Shown: positions 25,101 through 39,275 of the stretch, piece by piece
How positions within the stretch are numbered: the first letter of the stretch is position 1
How the letters are laid out: each line of letters starts with the position of its first letter
From: Circinaria calcarea
Taxonomy: Eukaryota
Length of the DNA stretch: 47,603 nucleotides
Assembly (NCBI GenBank): GCA_051942165.1
Contig: JAVECS010000013.1
Span: 1 to 47,603, forward strand
Reading direction: 5' to 3'
Translations under genes and position numbers: made by a program
Notes under the pieces: generated by a model
Databases searched by the model: none
What the model saw: only the letters and a program-made list of their open reading frames with translations
What the model was told of the DNA's origin: nothing

Positions 25101-26119
25101 ATCTTTATGACCACGATCGTCGGAAGTTCTCTCCGCTTAGCGTGCAACAAAGGGTATATGCTCGTCCATCAGCAACATTTGCCAAGCCTGCACGAGAATA
25201 CAAATACTGTAAAGAGGAGGAGACTGGAGACGAAGTTATACCTATTACCCTTGTCGGAGTGCCCCCCTTTTCATTGGAAATTGGTATCCGGCACCATGCC
25301 ACTGCCAGACCTGAGATTGTCAATATTCCACATATCGATACCCATCATTACGACTTTCACATACCGCATCGAGTTCTTGGGCTAGGTACTCATGGCGTTA
25401 CTCTTCGGAAGGTCCGAGATAGTCATGGCTGTCAACGGGAGACGGAGTTTGATGGAGCTAGAGTCCATGTTAATGTTGTCGATACCCCGAGTATCTCTCC
25501 TCTTGAATCCGCCATAGACTACTGCGTGGGAGATAGGATATCATATACACTGTCCGGAACGCCACCATTCAACGTTTTCTACACCTTTAGAGGAGCAGAA
25601 CGTAAAGCTTCCGTCTCTACCACTACTTTCCGTCGTATCGCGGAAACACCGGGGGACTTTACGGTTACAGCGGTGAGCGACAAGGCAAGTACCGATGCTT
25701 GTAAGGCTAGAGTGAAGATTACAAAGACGATACATGAACTTCCCAGTGTCCGGATTAGCAAGGGTAGAACATCGGTGGTTGATATCCACGAAGGTGGCGA
25801 AGCAGAAATCCTCTTTGAATTCGGCGGAACGCCGCCGTTCGAGTTCACGTAGGTTTCCATGTCAAGCAACTGTTGGGCAACTGCCGAGCACCGCTAACAA
25901 CGTTGATGATGTAGTTATACACGAAGCACGAATGCCGCCAAGGGGAAGAAACCGATCGTACTGGAAACAAGGAATGATTTATCCCACCAATACACGAAAT
26001 CGATTAAAGCGTCAGAAGAGGGCACATACGAGGTCGTATCGATCCGTGATCGATATTGTGGCTTTTCGAATCAGAGAGTCCATGGCAAAATGGGCCAGCA
26101 GTTGTTAACATTCCAGTAG
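22135..26119 (+). CDS. POM152: Nuclear pore membrane glycoprotein Pom152, 4 exons
   Basis: N-terminal [16 protein letters not shown] and TM segments ([13 protein letters not shown]); [19 protein letters not shown]; repeated Ig-like units with G.PP(F/W)..Y and conserved Cys. Confidence 0.94.
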
Positions 26120-26280
26120 GATGACAACTGAAGATTCGATTTCCACATCTACTCCACATAATTTGGAGGTGTATAGATTGGCGTCAAAGCCGGAATCATC
26201 TCTTCCATATGAAGTTACCATTTATCGAGTGCAGTAACTTATACATTCATTGGTGGTCTTGTGGTCTAGTTGTCCGATGC

Positions 26281-29200
26281 TCAATGCCTCTGATGTATCC
26301 TTACCACCATATCTCCACCTAACCTCGCCATATCGTTCAGCATTGCTGTATGGTTGATCGCCACTCGGGCTCCCATTTCTTCTTCACCCGTAGGATCTGT
26401 AGTCGTCGGTGCGCTAGAGTACGATAGATTGACTTTCCACGTCCGTGCACTAGTAAAGGGGCTCCACAGTCCAGCGACGCAGTCCGGCTCGCTCGAATTG
26501 CAAAAGAAAGCAACGGCGTTACCGTAGACCCGCTTGAGCTCATCGACGAACAGCTGAACTGGATCGTATCCGATCAGAGAGACGTCCTTAATCACCGGCC
26601 CACGAAGGTTCTTGAATGACGATTGCTCGACCGCTCTATCAACCCGCTCACCGTAAAAGACGGGATTTAGCTTTATAACAAAGTCATAATCGGCTAACGA
26701 ATGCTTGAACAAGGTGCCGACATCGATATCTAAGCCCCGATCCTTCACGACCCTACAAGCCGCCTTAGCTAGAGAGGTCAACCTTGTTGCCACAAGCTTT
26801 GACGGGCTGTGCTGCGTCCAGGTTATGCCGTCGGGGTCCAGGTTGGAGGCTGCGAACATCACGGTACGGTTCATTGCCGGGTCGATCTTTCTCCAGGCTT
26901 CAAAACGAACCGCGATGGCGCCAATTTCTGCTGCTGTCATGGCGCCATTGAAGTCCACAACCAGAGGCTCAAACCGCCAGTCCCATTTCGCTATAGACAC
27001 CAACGTGCGTAGAAAGCCTGTCCGAAGGCTGCCAGGCGCCTGCCAGGGGTGAGGTTGTACAAATGTACGAATGGTAAGAAGCTCAATTAACTCTTCATCT
27101 ATATGAGTGGAAAGAAGATGAGAATTACACCAGCGCTTCATAAGTCTCATTGTGGGTGAGAGGAGTGGGAGTTTAGTACACAGTGAGCGAAGGGCTTGGG
27201 TATGCGCCGGCGCCTGAACGAAGCTCCGCTTGTATGCTGATACTGCTAAAGCCGCCTGTTCTCTGCTGCGAAAGTCTGCCGAATTGTCCTTCAGTTCCCG
27301 CTCTAGTAAAGTCAGTTCCCGATCATGATGGATACGAAGACGGAATGCAACAGCTAAGTCGAGATAGGCGACGTTTAAGAAAGCATTGTTCAGCAGCTTT
27401 TGGCCTTCGTTCTCCAGGCCCAGTTGAGTGGACACGCCTGAAACAGAAACTTCCAGTAATTCTCCTAGTTTGAGAAGCAATGCAATCTTGGTCCTCTGAA
27501 TGGCAGGCAGATCATCTGGCCAACGAGCAGAGCCTTCAAACTGCACGATAATGTCCATGGGGTGGATAGGCAGGCTTCCCCTGTTGGGAATAAAGGGTAT
27601 GTCCGAAGCATACCGCAGATCTGCACACGACGCTGAAATCTTCCGAATCTGGAGGGGGAGACCTTCCAAGCCCCTTATCTGCTTTTCTAATTCTTCGTAA
27701 GCGCTCAGAAGGGGTTGGTACATTGCAATAGACGAGGAGGCCTGGGGATAGTGGATAGGTAGCATCTGATCGAAGGCATCTCCAACAAATTCAATACCCT
27801 CTGCAATGCCTTTTCCAAAGTGCCTTCCTGCTACAAAGCCAATTATTTGCTGTAGTATGCTTTTCTGTCCGGATTGCTCAGACCAAATCAAACTTTCAAG
27901 TATGCTTCCATCCTTGAAACGCCGTAGTTCCGCTTTCTCGCCCCAGAATCTGCGGAATGCAGAGGCTGCCTTTCTTTCCTCCGCCGGAGGACCGCGGTCA
28001 ACAGCTCGAACGACTTGCGTTGAGTTGACGACTATCCCTACGAGAACAGTAGAGGCATCCTTGGCAGGCGGATATCGATCCGAGTCAATGATGGGCCAGG
28101 GCTTTAAGCACGCTGGCCATGGGCATATCAGAACAACTCTATCCCCGAGTGCAGTGGCAAGAACTGTGTTAAGCTTTGAGCAAAAATCAAGGACTCTATC
28201 ACTGGGATTCACTTCTTCGGAGGTAGGCTCCCACGTGCCAGGTATCTCCACTCTGCGTATGGTGAGCATGCGAAACGTAAAGTAAGAAGCAACTATACCT
28301 TATCAAGATATCGAACAGCAAAGCCGGTTCATTGACTTTTGTGATGAAAGAAGGCCGAAACCGCTCAATAGCTGACCCATTGAGCGTACTGACTGTTGTG
28401 TGCGCTTCGTAACACAACTATTGAAATTAGCATTTGGTTGCGGAATCGCGACAACATTTTAGGCATTCTCACCATTTTGTACGACCACGGGGTCATCTTA
28501 TACAGTATATTCAAACCCACTGAGCCATCGAAAAGTAGGGGCATATTAAGTCCCTCTATGAAGCGGGCATTCATAGAATCAGAAAAGAGTAAACTCGGCT
28601 CACAAATGAGGTCTCTTGTGGCGAAGAATTGCAAAAGAGCCTTAAAAAGTTGGTAGCTACTATAACCTATAGAGAGAACCGGCCGTCCTTTAGGACCTCC
28701 ACCTCGCAATAGCAGGGCCAAGCTGGTCGCTAGTTCGAAAGCTCCAAAACCACCCCGCCGAAGACCGGTCCCAAAACCGCGCTGGCGGAGCCATATAGTT
28801 CCCAGAATGCAAGCATCCTTGAAACCGGTACATCGAGTCAAAGCTCCTTGTAGCAGTTTCGCATAACTTCCAGTTGAACATTCTGCACGGAGCGTCGCAT
28901 TGTATAACGGCGAAAGGGTGCCTTTCTGAATTGTACTGGTATCAGTTCTAGCTCGAAGGCAGTTTTTCCATGGAAAGGTTTTGTCAGCAGGAAACGTTTC
29001 TTGCTCAGCAGCTAACAGAATCCTGACTATGGCTTTCGAAAGAGAGAGAGAGTTTTTGGGCGCGACTGTGACTACATTAGTGCTGATGACTGCTCCGAAG
29101 TAACCTTGAACCTTACTTCGAGAGAAAGATATTAGTAAAACTGGCTGTAATTGGCAATCATTCTGGTAAGAAAACTGAAGACTGAACTTGCAGTCCCCAG

Positions 29201-29944
29201 CTTCCTGGATACCAGCTGCAATGCACGCTATGTAGAACGCTCTTTTATAGAAGTAACGGTAATTCAGATAATCTTTCTCCTGAAACAAGATCTACCCGAT
29301 CCTTTTAGCAGTGACTTTGATGCAACGTAGGTGACCATACCGAAGGCATTGTGACGACCATATCGATCACCATTGGGTCTTCTGCCTTGATAGCAGTCCG
29401 TCTAGCATAGCTCCCGACGACATTGATATTGGCTGGCTTTTCATATCCGAGAGTATACTGTGCATCGTCCTTTGGTGGAGGCGTTGGAAATGGGACCGCA
29501 ATCTGGTACTGTTGACGAAGATGGCGCTCAGCTTCTAGGATCTTGCACGGTCAGTGTTTTGGTCGGCTAGCCGAATGACCGGAAGCCTACCGGTGCCGCC
29601 TCTCGAGACGGGATTCGTTCTATGATCTCCTTGATCTTGCGTAGTGCCTGTTCCAGCTCGGACGTGTACTTTTCGTAGTTCAGGCGAACTTCGGAGAGGA
29701 GTTCTTCTATCTGCATCTGAAATAGGCCAGAACCATACTTCTCACCAGAAGTCTGCAGTGCCTGATGCGGCCCGGTCTTCTGGACGGGCCCTGGTTGAGA
29801 CGACGCCCTTTGAGACTTGCTGGCCGGATCTCCTTTATCGAAATTGGATTCTGATGACGGGCTCTCCGGCAATGAACCGGCAAATGATGGGTTCTCGTCT
29901 GTCTGATGGGCCAATTTCCGTTTCTTCAGAGCGTGCGGCGCCAT
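26281..29944 (-). CDS. UTP22: U3 snoRNA-associated protein 22 (Nrap/NOL6)
   Basis: FQEKDYLNYRYFYKRAFYIACIA, LYNATL, WLRQRGFG, GYSSYQLFK, FRRFWGEKAELRRFKDGSILES, FEGSARWPDDLPAIQRTK. Confidence 0.95.
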
Positions 29945-30134
29945 GCTGCACAGTACGATGCCAAAGAAAACAGTGGACGGCGCAGCGAGGCCACCATGGA
30001 GTAGATGAGTCTGTAGTAATCCCCCTGTGGATTCGGGTCCGACGTCCAACGAGTACTCTGCAGTAAACTTGAGATGGCACGGGTGGGAAGCGTTGACAGC
30101 ACGGAGGAATAATTCGTTATCGCGAATGCAGCTA

Positions 30135-30202
30135 CGGAGTACGTAGCCCGGAGCCCCGGTGCAGATCCTTATCGTACACATCCCTGCAAAGAATTTTTTC
30201 AA
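30135..30202. promoter_or_regulatory. Putative ribosome-biogenesis promoter elements upstream of UTP22
   Basis: CTTATCG (= CGATAAG on the minus strand) at 30168-30174 and RRPE-like GAATTTTTTCA at 30191-30201, in the UTP22/STR2 divergent region. Confidence 0.5.
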
Positions 30203-30336
30203 GTGCCGAGTGTCAACATGGATCGAACTTTAAGCGAAAAGGGATATCACACTAGGGTACCGTGTAGAATCGGCAGGCAAATATCACCTGTACTTCGCTA
30301 CAAGACCATCGCCAGACGTTAAACACAACTGCCGCC

Positions 30337-32597
30337 ATGACAGCGGTGGCGGCACCGATTGAGCTCGGAAAGTCCATCCCACCGGATACGGCACATGTAA
30401 GTTCTTTGGGTACTTTGATCGTCTTGACGATGCCGGAGTTGCTAGAACCGCCAGCTCACCCTCATTCCCAGGCTGTCAGCGTCTCGCTACCGACATGGAA
30501 GGCGTGTGTCGGTTACGAAGAAGGCGAAGAGTGGGTTTTGAGTAAGATGAAGCATGCTTACCCGAGGTAAAAGATCTCTCGTCAGTATCCACCCGGACAC
30601 ATCTCTTATTCCACCTTTTCAGATTCTACATCCACCAGAGCATCGCTTCGTTCGTAGAAGCCATTTTACTCAAGTATGGTTATCCCGGTGAACGGGCAAT
30701 GTTATTTCCATCCACTGCTGTTGCTACAAGATGCGTCGATTTCCTTGTCGGACAAAACTCTACACGTAATATTCAAACTGCAAATGGCACGCAGGAACAA
30801 AGACCAGTGTTGCAGAAAGGGAAGGATGTACGTCTGGTGGAGTTTGAGTTTCAAGGCGAGGAACTCATTAGCATCAAAGACAGGATCGCAGTTTCTACCA
30901 TTACTGCTGTGCTCTTTCCCCAATACCACTTCAATGTTGCTAAAGCTTTCTGGCAACACTCTGGGGATGGTGTTTCAAGTCGAAGGGCGGAGTTCTATCA
31001 TAAGGCCTTTGAAGAAGGTCATCTCAGAGCCCGATCCAGCTTTGAACAACAGGCATCACAGGGGTCTCGTACATCCAAAGGTCCAAGGAGATATCAGAAA
31101 GGCAATCATGTCGACAAGTACAATCCCATAGTCGCCGTCTCCAACGGTCTAACAGGTTCAGGTCCAAGCACGCCCGAGAGGAAGGATTACGTGCAATTCG
31201 TTGAGGAACGATTTGGTCGGAACCTTGATGCCTCGCTCGCAGCAAAAGCCAAGTTGGCTATACGAAGACGTATCGCGGGGTCTCTGACGGCGAATGTCGA
31301 TCTGACGGAAGCGCTGGATATCTCAGAATACTCTACAGCCATTAGAAAGGTGACCGGATTTTCGGAAAATGATGTCTATTTATACCCTACGGGAATGAGC
31401 TCCATATTTAACGTACATAGAATCATGCTTGCTACTAGAGGGCCGTTGAAGAGTATATCATATGGGTATGCTTCCTGAGCCTGTCTCTTCCGTCTTTTCA
31501 CTCAGGGGAATTAGGTTTCCATATATAGATACCCTAAAAATTCTTGAGAAATGGGGCCCTGGATGCTTGTTCTATGGACACGGTTCTTTCGCTGACCTTG
31601 ATGATCTCGAAAATCGGTGCCAAGGAGGCGACAGGTTTCTGGCACTTTTCTGTGAATTTCCTGGAAATCCTATGCTGAAATCTCCGGATCTCCACCGCAT
31701 ACGTCTCCTTGCCGACAAGTACGAATTTGCTGTGGTTGTTGATGAAACAATTGGAAACTTCATGAATGTTCATGTATTGCCATTCGCGGACGTTGTGGTT
31801 AGTAGTCTCACTAAAGTTTTCAGTGGAGATAGCAATGTGATGGGTGGCAGGTCAGTTTGTTGGTACCACTTGGGGCACATGGCTAATCATAAATAGTGCT
31901 GTGCTCAACCCTCGCAGTCGATATTACCAAGCACTAAAGAATACTTTGGCGGAAGAGTACGAAGACAATTATTGGGCCGAGGATGTGTTATTTATGGAGA
32001 GGAACAGTCGCGACTTCGTTGCAAGGATTGAAAGAATCAACATCAACGCCGAAGCGATCTGTCAAGCGCTTAAAAACTCTCCTCTTGGTCAGCCCTAAGC
32101 CTGGATTCTTTCCCGCGGCCTTTCTGATATATGCACAGTCAAAGAAGTATACTACCCTAAATATAGTCCTACGCGTCCCTTTTATGATGCTTGCCGCACC
32201 CCTAATGGAGGATATGGGGGCCTTTTCTCGGTGACTTTCCATTCTACGGCCGCCGCGGTGATCTTTTTCGACGCAATTGAGATTGCCAAAGGTCCGAGTC
32301 TGGGAACCAACTTCACGCTCTGGTCTGTAGCCTTGATTTCAAGCGAGCGCAAGGTGCACTGACGGTCATTTACAGTTCCCCATACACGCTCCTCGCGCAC
32401 TATGGAGAACTCGATTGGGTATGGTTTTTTGATCCTGACAATGCAAAGAATGATTACTGATCGTACGTCAGGCTGCGCAATACGGCGTGGAAGCAGATCT
32501 TGTGAGGATCAGTGTTGGGCTTGAGGATACGTATGACTTAATCCAAAGGGTCGAACGGGTCCTGGTTGTGATGGAAAGCTCAGGTTTCTGCTCGTAG
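30337..32597 (+). CDS. STR2: Cystathionine gamma-synthase (PLP-dependent), multi-exon
   Basis: [63 protein letters not shown] lysine motif [37 protein letters not shown]. Confidence 0.93.
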
Positions 32598-32792
32598 GCC
32601 GGGGGTAGGTTCTACAAGCTTGTAGGGGCGGTTGAAGTATATGATATCATAGCCGTATTAGTACGAGTTAATATCAACTGGCCGTAAAAAGAATCCTTCT
32701 CCAACCGAGATCTTGGGTACAGGGGGGTTCTCTTGAAACGAATCTAAGCTCAGCCTTACACGTAACGCTAAGAGGTCCGAAAGATGTCAGCT

Positions 32793-32823
32793 AGCGCGAT
32801 TACGGCGCGTTGACCTTCGCGAT
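32793..32823 (+). promoter_or_regulatory. Cluster of three CGCG (MCB/SCB-like) cores upstream of SMC6
   Basis: CGCG at 32795, 32806 and 32818, within about 45-70 bp of the SMC6 ATG. Confidence 0.45.
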
Positions 32824-32864
32824 GAGACCCACCAACTGCTGGAACATGCACCAATAAAGGGAGA

Positions 32865-35800
32865 ATGGTTCCCTCAAAGAGGCTGCGATCGCCACTCGAC
32901 GATGGTGAGATAGAGATTACGGAGGCCGACAGTGCGCATTCCAGCTTGCGTCACGACAGTGTATGCTCTGAGTTGACAGTCACTCGCATGGATTCAACAT
33001 AGCTGACAATTGCGTAGAGGAAGAAAGCGAGGTTATCAGATAATCCTCACAGTGAGGAAGACTCTGATGGGAGCACGGACGACGAGCGAGAAGTCTGGCA
33101 GGCTACGCAGTTCTCGGAGATCCAGCGTAGGAAAGAGCGCGAACAAAACCAACCCGCTGATAATGGCATTATCGAGTCCGTGACCTGTACCAACTTCATG
33201 TGCCATGCATTCTTGGAGGTCACTCTTGGGCCTCTCATAAACTTCATTATTGGTCACAATGGCAGCGGGAAGAGTGCAGTTTTGACTGCTCTTATGCTAT
33301 GTCTCGGAGGGAAAGCTGCAGCAACAAACCGGGCTGGAAATCTGAAAGGATTTATCAAAAACGGCGAAGAGTGAGTGAAGTTTCTCGCGCCTAAAATGAA
33401 AGGGCTGATGGCTCTAGATCGTGCACACTGAGCGTCAAGATAAAAAATGCTGGGATCGGCTATCAGCAGGAAGTTTACGGCGATTCCATCATTGTGGAGC
33501 GTCATTTCTCCAAAGCTGGCACCAGTGGTTTCAAGATCAAAAACTCAAACGGACGTGTTATCTCGACCCGCAAGCTAGATCTCGAGGATATATGTGATTA
33601 CTTTGCTCTGTCGCTTGACAATCCTATGAGTGTCTTGACTCAAGATATGGCGAGGCAATTCCTCAACAATTCTAATCCGCAGGACAAGTACAAATTCTTC
33701 GTGAAAGGTACTCAGCTCGAGCAACTGAACCAAGACTACTTTCTTCTAGAAGAAAGTATTGATAACATGGAGGAGACTTTTGGCGATAAAATAAAGGACC
33801 TGAAGATTCTTGAAGAGAAGCTGAAAAGAGCAAAAGAAGCACAAACAATGTCAGAGAAGTATGATGTGATAAGGCAAAAAATCCGAAAGCTCGGCAGACA
33901 AATGGCATGGGCTCAGGTAGAGGAACAAGAACGATTTCTTGAATCTTACGACAACGACTTGCAAAAGGCTGATGAATCAGTTGACGCCGCAAAGCGCAAA
34001 GTGGAAGAATCGACAGAGAACTTCAGTCAGGCTAATGAGGTCTACGAGCAAGCAGCAGAAGCGGCGCAGGCATTCCAAAATGAATCGATCCCAATCGCAG
34101 CGGAAAAGGATCAATTCAAAGAGGAGTATGATCGACTGAAGGCTGAGGCCAAGGGCGTCCAGGTACTAGCCTCACTTTTCAGCAATATAAGAAGCACGCT
34201 GATACTCCCTTCAGGCTGAGCAAAGGACGATTCGTGAATATCTCCGCGCCACGGAGTCAAGAATTCAGAAAGCTAAAAAAAAAATCGAGGATGAGTATCG
34301 TCGACTTGAAGAAGCCAATGGAGGCAGTCATTCGAGACGCCTTGCTGAAATTGACAAGCGTAAGGAGGAGGTAATTACTGCCAAGACTCGGCTGGAGGAG
34401 CACGATAGTGGTATACGTATCTTGCAAGAGAACCGAATACGCGCGCAGCAAGCCCTTGAGAAACAGGCTCCATCGATGCGGGCCAAACGAGATGCCGTTG
34501 ACGAGTATGAGGAGCAACTGCAGACCCTAATTAGAGATCGTGGAAAGCAACAACGCGGCTATCCAGCAAACATGACTCAGCTAGTGAACACCATAAGGCA
34601 CGATGACGGATTCCAGCAAAAGCCAATAGGCCCTATCGGTGACTTTGTCCGTCTGCTCCAACCTTCCTGGTCAAGTATACTCGAAAAGTCCTTTGGACAA
34701 ATGTTAGACAGCTTCATCGTAACCAATAAGCAAGACCAATCCAGACTTTCTGGTATTATGAAGAGAGTACGATGGTAAAGTCTTAGATGTTCTGTTATTA
34801 TGATCACGTCTGATACAACACAGCTCCCTTCCAATCCTCATTGGGAATAATAATCTTTTCGATTACTCGCAAAATGAGTCAGGCGGCGAGTTTCTCACGT
34901 CCCTTAGGGCCTTGAAGGTTGTCAAGAGGCCTGTCCATAGCTGATGTTCACTGATCCGTTGCAGATTGATAATGATATGGTTGTTCGGCAAATGATTATA
35001 AACCAAGGCATCGAGCAGACAATCTTAATCGAAGATATGTCCGAAGCTACAAATATCATGGATCAAAGTAGGCTCAAGAATGTGAGGGCTTGCTATAGCA
35101 AGAATGATAAGGCCAAGCCAGGCGCTGGAGTTAGATTAACCTACGGCTGGGAAAACACACTTTCTAGTACGTTCGTTGACTCCTATAAAGGACCACCAAG
35201 GATGAAAACAGACGTGGAATACCAGATCCGGTAAGCACTGATGTTCTCCATGCTCATAGTCAATCTGCTTATACTAGTAGCTCTCAGCAAGAAACACTAC
35301 AGCGCTTGAAGCATGAGTTGGGTTCCCTTGATCAAGAACACCGGGTACTTCAGAATACCCTGAAAGGATGCGAGCAAGCTATCGTTAGATATCAAAGAGC
35401 AGGTATGGAGCTTAAGGTTGCGCTTCAGCAAGCCGAAACCATAGTAGAAGAGCTGCAGGATGCTCTTGATCAAGATGCGGTGGAGGAGGGTCGCTTGGAC
35501 GCACTCAAATCCGAGCTGATGGAAGCCGAGAGTGATAAGACTATGCAAGCTAACCAGTACGAGGAGGCTGTTGTTGGAAGGGATAAGCTTACAGAATTGA
35601 TGAAAATTAAGGTCGAGCAACTGCAGGGTATAGACGCTCGGATGGCCGAAGTAGAGGTTAAGGTTCGAAAAGCTGAAAGCAAGGCAACACGGTTATCAAA
35701 TCAGCGGCAGGGTGCACTGAAGGAGAAGAATTCAACGATTCAACTTTTAGAGGATGCCAAAGACAAAAGAAAGGATATGGAGGAGGCTAGACAAGAAAAC

Positions 35801-36853
35801 GCTGGTCGGGTCGCTTCATTTATAGAACAGGCAAGTCGATTCTGCGCGAGGGTCCCCATTGATCCGGGGGAGACTGCCAAATCACTAGACAGCAAGCTAC
35901 GGAAATTTACGGCTGATGTAGAAAGATACGAGGCTAAGTCAGTAGCTGTCAAACCCGATGCTATCATAGCGTGACTAAATGTTGATAATAGGCTTGGTGG
36001 GAACAGACAGAAAATAGGCCAAGATGTAGCTGAGGCGACCATGTTGTACAACACTGCATCATATCGCTTTCAGGAGGAAGAGAAGTTATGTCAGGTACGT
36101 CCTAAATCGCAAAGCGAATGCAAGGTGTACAGAGATTGATACGGCATGGCACGCAGCTCCTCAAATTAACCCTGGTTCAACGGCGAGAACGCTGGAAACA
36201 ATTCCAAAAGCGGATCACAGCACGAGCGAGACTCCAGTTCAATTGGCTACTCAGTGAGCGGTGTTTCCGTGGCAAGCTATCAGTTGACCATAAGCAACGC
36301 TTGATGGATATAGATGTAAACCTCAATATGTCCCGACCCAACTGAGCACTTACTTAGTCTTGTTATAGGTCCAGCCTGATGAGACTCAGACCCACAAAGG
36401 ACGCAAAACACAAACTTTGTCCGGCGGAGAGAAGTCCTTCTCAACAATCTGCCTATTGTTGTCTCTCTGGGAGGCCATGGGCGCACCACTTCGTTGTCTC
36501 GATGAATTGTGGGTATCAAGGCATCCCATACTCTTTCGAGACTAATGATTGGTAGTGATGTTTTCATGGACAGCGTCAACCGCGACGTCAGCATGAAGAT
36601 GATTGTAGGTCTGGGCACGGAACACGTAACTGCTTCGGCTGACGAATTGGCAAGATAAGAGCAGCAAAACGTTCTGCAGGGAGGCAGTACATCCTTATAA
36701 CCCCAAACTCAATGAACAGCGTCGACTCAGACAACCAAGTCAAGATTATCAGGTATGTCTCACAGGCATTCCTGAAACCAATCAACCTGACCATTGCCCA
36801 GACTTCATGACCCTGAGAGGGGCCAAACTACCATTACGTTTGCAAACGCGTGA
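32865..36853 (+). CDS. SMC6: Structural maintenance of chromosomes protein 6 (Smc5/6 complex), many introns
   Basis: NFMCH, Walker [10 protein letters not shown]-loop [11 protein letters not shown], coiled coils, hinge PIGPIG, signature [18 protein letters not shown], Walker B/D-loop CLDEFDVFMD, QYILITP, C-terminal DPERGQ. Confidence 0.95.
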
Positions 36854-37538
36854 TATATTGTTAACATGGCAGCTGCCGCTCATCCATGCCTTTGGTGATG
36901 TAGAGCCGACACGGCATTGAAGCCGAAAGGACCGTCATAAAGATTCGGCGGACTGTGTCCGGAGAAGGAACAGTGTGTAGATAGTGTTTGCCTTCGTATG
37001 TAGAACGTTGATACTTTGGCCGTTATCAAACGTGAATACTCTGCACAGACGGTAGATTTCATAAGTTGCCATGACCATAAACTGGCGAAGCCCTGGAGAT
37101 GAGAAAGGCTCGTAGATGGTGGCCCGTGCACATTCGACTGTCGAGACGTCCGAAGTACTGGTAGAGAGCCGAAAACCACACTCACAACACCATCCTTGCA
37201 CGCATCATCTGCAAAGCCAGAAGAACCTCCAGAGCCAGACTGTCTCACCCCAAGTCACCTTCTCTGTTCACCGACTGCTTATTATAACCTGCTACAATTT
37301 ACCTTCACCTTGAACCAACACGCAACTCCAGCGCTTTAAGACCATCCGTCCGTTGAGATTCCTCCAGCATCTCGTTTAGGGTAGGAAGAAGACCAAAGAC
37401 ATCAATCTGGTTCTTACTTTTAGCCTTGTACCACCTTCTCACAGCGCTCCAGAGCCGTTGTCTGGGACTCGTACTGCCATCCCAAAACACACACCCGCTT
37501 CTTGATCTTCCCAAGTCGACCACCCGCTGTATCTTGAT

Positions 37539-39275
37539 ATGGCATCAGCGTTGGCGAATCAGCTTGGTGGCACACATATTAGGTGGAGTTGGATGACTAC
37601 TCTATTGAAACTTTCTGACGTTCTTGTAGCGAGGCATCCTCGGATAGGGATTGGAAAGCGAAGCTCAAAGCTCCCGTGAAAGATGTCAGGCCACAGACCG
37701 AGGTATGTCCCATCACTGGCTGCCTCGAGATTGTACTGATGTAGAATAGGACGTCACTGCTACAAAGGGCCTAGAATTCGAGGAATTTTATATAAGCCGA
37801 GAACTGATGATGGGGATCTTCGAAGCAGGATTCGAGAAACCGTCGCCCATTCAAGAAGAGACGATACCGGTCGCATTGACAGGTAGAGACATTCTAGCGC
37901 GGGCCAAAAACGGCACAGGCAAAACCGCTGCGTTTGTCATCCCGACTTTGGAGCGCATCAACCCAAAAAGCACGAAGACACAGGCGCTGATCTTGGTACC
38001 AACCAGAGAGCTTGCCCTACAGACCTCACAGGTTTGCAAGACGCTAGGGAAACATTTGGGGGTAAACGTTATGGTGACCACTGGTGGCACTGGCCTCAAA
38101 GATGATATCATACGCCTTAATGAAGCAGTCCACATCATCGTTGGCACTCCAGGTCGAATTCTCGACCTTGCGAGTAAAGGAGTTGCTGATCTTACAGAAT
38201 GTCCAATCTTTGTCATGGATGAAGCCGACAAGCTTCTATCTCCAGAGTTTACCCCAGTTATCGAACAACTTCTTTCATTCCACCCCAAGGACCGTCAAGT
38301 TATGCTTTTCAGTGCTACCTTTCCAATGATCGTCAAATCATTCAAGGTATGCCAAGGTAACATTGCTGGCTAGCCACGACGCTTACATACTTGCAGGATA
38401 AGCATATGAACAATCCATACGAGATCAATCTTATGGACGAGCTCACCCTTCGAGGGATCACACAGTATTATGCGTTCGTTGAAGAAAAGGAAAAGGTTCA
38501 CTGCTTGAACACCCTCTTTTCGAAACTGCAAATCAATCAGTCCATCATATTTTGTAATTCTACAAACCGGGTAGAACTTCTGGCCAAGAAAATAACAGAA
38601 CTTGGATACTCGTGCTTCTACTCACATGCTCGGATGCTTCAGAATCACCGGAATAGAGTATTCCATGACTTTCGAAATGGTGTTTGCCGCAACCTTGTCT
38701 GCTCAGATCTTCTTACGCGAGGAATTGATATCCAGGCGGTTAATGTGGTTATCAACTTCGACTTTCCTAAAAACGCCGAAACGTATCTTCATCGTATCGG
38801 CCGATCAGGACGATTTGGACATCTGGGTCTCGCTATCAATTTGATCAATTGGGAGGATCGGTTCAATTTGTATAAGATCGAGCAAGAGCTGGGCACTGAG
38901 ATCCAACCTATCCCTCAAGCCATTGACAAGAAGCTTTACGTGTACGACACACCGGAGACCATTCCGCGGCCAGTTTCAAACTCTACCGGTCAACGCCAAG
39001 CATCTGGTCAGAACTCGCACGTTTCGGGCGGAATCGCGCAGCCGATTGCTCAAGGTGTCACGGCCAACGGTACTTCTTTAGCACAGAGACGGAATCAAGT
39101 AGCTGGCCGAGGCCAACCCCACCAGCAATCCGGAAACCTCCCACGCAACCAGCGGTTCCAGGGTCAGTCCCATGGATCAAAACGAGGGCCATCAAAAGAT
39201 CAAGATCAGCACCCCCGTCAAAATGGAGTTGTACCACGTCAGCCGACCCATGAGCCGGCTGTCGATGCTTCGTAG
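37539..39275 (+). CDS. DHH1: DEAD-box RNA helicase Dhh1/DDX6, 4 exons
   Basis: [55 protein letters not shown]-rich C-terminal tail. Confidence 0.97.

Noticed and set aside
34275..34284. Run of 10 A in SMC6 as a possible frameshift or pseudogenisation site
   Set aside because: It reads AAA AAA AAA ATC in frame and the exon continues into ORF 34422 without disruption.
37851..38288. 145-aa antisense ORF over DHH1, and similar antisense ORFs over UTP22, JJJ1, POM152 and VPS74
   Set aside because: Shadow ORFs caused by the codon structure of conserved sense-strand genes.
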